DNA of 64,000 nucleotides from Escherichia coli (GTDB lineage Bacteria; Pseudomonadota; Gammaproteobacteria; Enterobacterales; Enterobacteriaceae): NCBI RefSeq assembly GCF_036507355.1, contig NZ_AP027877.1; one strand, 5' to 3'. Shown piece by piece: positions 56,546 to 64,000 of this stretch (position 1 is its first letter; each line of letters starts with the position of its first letter). The notes under the pieces were generated by a model. It saw only the letters and a program-made list of their open reading frames with translations, ran no database searches and was not told where the DNA came from. The position numbers and the translations under genes were made by a program.

Positions 56546-56737
56546 CTAACGTTGTACCGGTGATTCGACGGAGAGTGTGGATTGCTGAGCTTCTTTTTTG
56601 CTCTGATGGTGCTGCCAGGCACCGACGGACGAGTAGATAAAACGGCCAAAGAAGAAGATAAAGCTGATGAGCAGTACGATACGGGTCATGCGACTGTTAA
56701 ATCGGTGTCGTTTTCGCATACTGGTTGCCTGACTCAC
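56546..56737 (-). CDS. yfgG: Small membrane protein YfgG
   Basis: 63-aa ORF with one hydrophobic segment; synteny. Confidence 0.8.
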   Translation of the reverse strand: MSQATSMRKRHRFNSRMTRIVLLISFIFFFGRFIYSSVGAWQHHQSKKEAQQSTLSVESPVQR

Positions 56738-57088
56738 AAAAGGTTCCTTGAAGTATGTCCCACGCTGTGGACGGTACTTACATTAAGGCACAACAGGACA
56801 AAATGGTCAATTCTTCGTTATGTAAAAAAGCGTCAGTGGATACATATTTTAATGTTATGGAAGTTAATTTAATTATTTACAATGATGATGTAATAATGAT
56901 GAATTAACATGATAAACGTAATAATTCATTAATCAGGGTTATTTTGTTTGATATATATCAATTGGAACTTTCATATGACACTTAGAATCAATGCTCTCTA
57001 TAGTGATGAATAATCATCATTCGAAGTCAGGTGGGATGCCTGTCTGAATACACCTCCTTCAGGATGTGGGGGATTCTGCTGAGCATCT

Positions 57089-59332
57089 ATGAAACTGAAT
57101 GCAACTTATATAAAAATACGTGATAAATGGTGGGGGCTTCCGCTGTTCCTGCCTTCTTTAATCTTGCCCATTTTCGCCCACATTAATACTTTCGCGCATA
57201 TTTCTTCCGGTGAGGTTTTTCTCTTTTATCTGCCTTTGGCACTGATGATCAGCATGATGATGTTTTTCAGCTGGGCGGCATTGCCAGGGATCGCCTTAGG
57301 GATTTTTGTCCGCAAATATGCAGAGCTTGGTTTTTACGAAACGCTCTCATTAACGGCTAATTTTATTATCATTATCATTCTCTGTTGGGGCGGTTACAGG
57401 GTCTTTACTCCCCGGCGTAACAACGTTTCACATGGTGATACCCGTTTAATTTCCCAGCGTATATTCTGGCAGATTGTGTTTCCTGCAACGCTGTTTCTGA
57501 TACTTTTCCAGTTTGCTGCGTTTGTAGGATTACTGGCGAGCAGAGAAAATCTGGTCGGCGTCATGCCTTTTAACCTCGGGACCTTAATCAATTATCAGGC
57601 CTTACTGGTGGGCAATCTGATTGGTGTCCCGCTGTGCTACTTCATCATTCGGGTAGTTCGAAATCCGTTTTATTTACGTAGTTATTATTCGCAATTAAAA
57701 CAGCAGGTTGATGTCAAAGTCACCAAAAAAGAGTTCGCACTCTGGCTACTGGCATTAGGTGCTTTACTGTTGCTGTTATGCATGCCGTTAAATGAAAAAA
57801 GCACAATTTTTAGCACCAATTATACCTTGTCATTATTGCTGCCCCTGATGATGTGGGGAGCGATGCGCTATGGTTATAAGCTGATTTCACTGCTCTGGGC
57901 GGTCATGTTGATGATCAGCATCCACAGCTATCAAAATTACATTCCCATTTATCCCGGCTATACCACGCAGCTGACCATAACCTCCTCCAGTTATCTGGTA
58001 TTCTCTTTTATTGTCAATTATATGGCTGTACTGGCAACCCGTCAGAGAACGGTAGTCAGACGCATTCAGCGGCTTGCGTATGTGGACCCGGTGGTTCATC
58101 TGCCAAATGTTCGCGCCCTGAATCGCGCGTTGCGTGATGCCCCCTGGTCTGCGCTTTGTTATTTACGCATCCCTGGCATGGAAATGCTGGTTAAAAACTA
58201 TGGCATCATGCTGCGGATTCAATACAAGCAAAAACTTTCTCACTGGCTGTCACCATTGCTGGAACCGGGTGAAGATGTTTATCAGCTTTCGGGTAACGAT
58301 CTCGCGCTGCGACTGAATACAGAATCGCACCAGGAGCGCATTACCGCACTGGATAGCCATCTCAAGCAATTTCGTTTCTTTTGGGATGGAATGCCGATGC
58401 AACCGCAGATTGGCGTCAGCTACTGCTATGTACGCTCGCCAGTGAATCATATCTACCTGCTGCTGGGAGAGCTAAATACGGTCGCCGAACTTTCCATCGT
58501 GACCAACGCCCCGGAAAATATGCAGCGTCGCGGGGCAATGTATTTGCAACGCGAATTGAAAGATAAAGTCGCGATGATGAATCGACTACAGCAGGCGCTG
58601 GAACACAACCATTTTTTCCTGATGGCCCAGCCGATTACCGGTATGCGTGGTGATGTTTACCATGAAATTCTTCTGCGCATGAAAGGTGAGAATGATGAAC
58701 TGATCAGCCCCGATAGCTTCTTGCCGGTCGCGCACGAATTTGGTTTATCGTCGAGTATCGACATGTGGGTCATTGAGCATACGCTGCAATTTATGGCTGA
58801 AAACAGAGCGAAGATGCCCGCTCACCGTTTTGCTATTAATCTGTCTCCAACCTCGGTATGTCAGGCTCGTTTTCCTGTTGAAGTCAGTCAGTTGCTGGCT
58901 AAATATCAGATTGAAGCGTGGCAACTTATTTTTGAAGTCACCGAAAGTAATGCTCTGACCAATGTTAAGCAGGCGCAAATCACCTTGCAGCATCTTCAGG
59001 AATTAGGCTGCCAGATTGCGATTGATGATTTCGGCACCGGCTACGCCAGCTATGCGCGGCTTAAAAATGTGAATGCCGATCTGCTTAAAATTGACGGCAG
59101 TTTTATCCGCAATATTGTGTCAAATAGTCTGGATTATCAGATAGTGGCATCGATTTGCCACCTGGCGCGAATGAAGAAAATGCGGGTAGTGGCAGAGTAC
59201 GTTGAAAACGAAGAGATCCGCGAGGCAGTGCTCTCTTTGGGGATCGATTATATGCAGGGTTATCTTATTGGTAAGCCGCAACCGTTAATTGATACGCTGA
59301 ATGAAATCGAACCCATTCGCGAAAGTGCCTGA
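57089..59332 (+). CDS. pdeF: Cyclic di-GMP phosphodiesterase PdeF (MASE1-GGDEF-EAL)
   Basis: 747-aa ORF: N-terminal polytopic membrane domain, degenerate GGDEF region, C-terminal EAL domain. Confidence 0.92.
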   Translation: MKLNATYIKIRDKWWGLPLFLPSLILPIFAHINTFAHISSGEVFLFYLPLALMISMMMFFSWAALPGIALGIFVRKYAELGFYETLSLTANFIIIIILCWGGYRVFTPRRNNVSHGDTRLISQRIFWQIVFPATLFLILFQFAAFVGLLASRENLVGVMPFNLGTLINYQALLVGNLIGVPLCYFIIRVVRNPFYLRSYYSQLKQQVDVKVTKKEFALWLLALGALLLLLCMPLNEKSTIFSTNYTLSLLLPLMMWGAMRYGYKLISLLWAVMLMISIHSYQNYIPIYPGYTTQLTITSSSYLVFSFIVNYMAVLATRQRTVVRRIQRLAYVDPVVHLPNVRALNRALRDAPWSALCYLRIPGMEMLVKNYGIMLRIQYKQKLSHWLSPLLEPGEDVYQLSGNDLALRLNTESHQERITALDSHLKQFRFFWDGMPMQPQIGVSYCYVRSPVNHIYLLLGELNTVAELSIVTNAPENMQRRGAMYLQRELKDKVAMMNRLQQALEHNHFFLMAQPITGMRGDVYHEILLRMKGENDELISPDSFLPVAHEFGLSSSIDMWVIEHTLQFMAENRAKMPAHRFAINLSPTSVCQARFPVEVSQLLAKYQIEAWQLIFEVTESNALTNVKQAQITLQHLQELGCQIAIDDFGTGYASYARLKNVNADLLKIDGSFIRNIVSNSLDYQIVASICHLARMKKMRVVAEYVENEEIREAVLSLGIDYMQGYLIGKPQPLIDTLNEIEPIRESA

Positions 59333-59370
59333 ATAATGCGGGCCGACATTTCTCGTCGGCCCGCAAAGCA

Positions 59371-62983
<3,613 letters not shown>

Positions 62984-63154
62984 TACCACTTTTACTCCGT
63001 TTTATTCACGGGACACTGCCTGGATATTATGGCGAGCAATATTGGCAGATGTCCAACTATGCCAGAAAAGGGGGAAAAAAACTGCTGGAGCTTGCGATTT
63101 ACAGGTGAATTGAAAAACGCCAGCGGCAGAGCTGGCGCTTTAACTACGGGGGCA

Positions 63155-63792
63155 TTACTCGTCGGCAGCGTAGCCCTGCGGCGGCAGACGTTGACCATCC
63201 AGCCACGCGGCGTTTTCGTGCATTTTCAGACGACCATCGGCAAACCAGCTAATCACCAGTGGATAAATGGCGTGTTCCTGGGTTTGCACGCGGGCGGTGA
63301 CGTCATCTTCCGTATCACCAGCAAATACCGGGACTTTCGCCTGTAAAATAACCGGGCCACCGTCCAGTTCATCGGTGACGAAATGCACCGATGTACCGTG
63401 CTCTTCATCGCCATTTTCCAGCGCCTGACGATGGGTGTGTAATCCGGGATATTTCGGCAGCAGAGAAGGGTGAATGTTCAGCAAACGCCCGGCATAGTGG
63501 GAGACAAACGCCGGGCTGAGAATGCGCATAAAACCAGCCAGCACGACCACATCGGGTGCGTACATGTCGATTTCATGAATCAACTCCCGGTCATAGGCTT
63601 CACGACTGTCAAACGCGCTGGCGATGAGCGTATGCGTTGCAATACCCGCCTGGCGGGCGCGTTCAAGGCCGAACGCGTCGGCCTTATTGCTGAAAACTGC
63701 CCGTACGGTGCCTTTAATTTTGTTGGTTTTACAGGCGTCAATAATTGCCTGCAAATTACTTCCGTTGCCGGAAATAAGCACCACAATATTCA

Positions 63793-63793
<1 letters not shown>
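63155..63793 (-). CDS. purN: Phosphoribosylglycinamide formyltransferase
   Basis: 212-aa ORF, formyltransferase motifs. Confidence 0.95.

Positions 63794-64000
<207 letters not shown>

Overview
Enterobacterial (Escherichia coli / Shigella-type) chromosomal segment, colinear with the K-12 yphG–hca–suhB–isc–pepB–sseBA–yfhM–pbpC–ndk–hisS–der–xseA–guaBA–yfgF–ppx–ppk–purNM region but in reverse orientation. Gene identities are from recognition of the translated ORFs and from memory of the K-12 map; no database search was run. Most of the window is conserved core genome. Three places differ from K-12 as I recall it: (1) the sseB–sseA intergenic region holds two diverged tandem copies of a ryfA/timP-like small toxic-protein locus, each with a divergent antisense sRNA candidate whose 5' end co-varies with its cognate target; (2) an inverse-autotransporter islet (sinH, sinI and a start-less Ig-like fragment) lies between yfgJ and xseA, bounded by an AT-rich tract and a REP cluster; (3) a complete 768-bp IS1 with a perfect 9-bp target-site duplication sits 3 bp upstream of the yfgH start codon. 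No tRNA, rRNA, CRISPR array or prophage was seen. All of these correspond to element families that are already described, so I do not claim a wholly undescribed system; the duplicated, co-varying toxin/antisense pair is the most interesting candidate.
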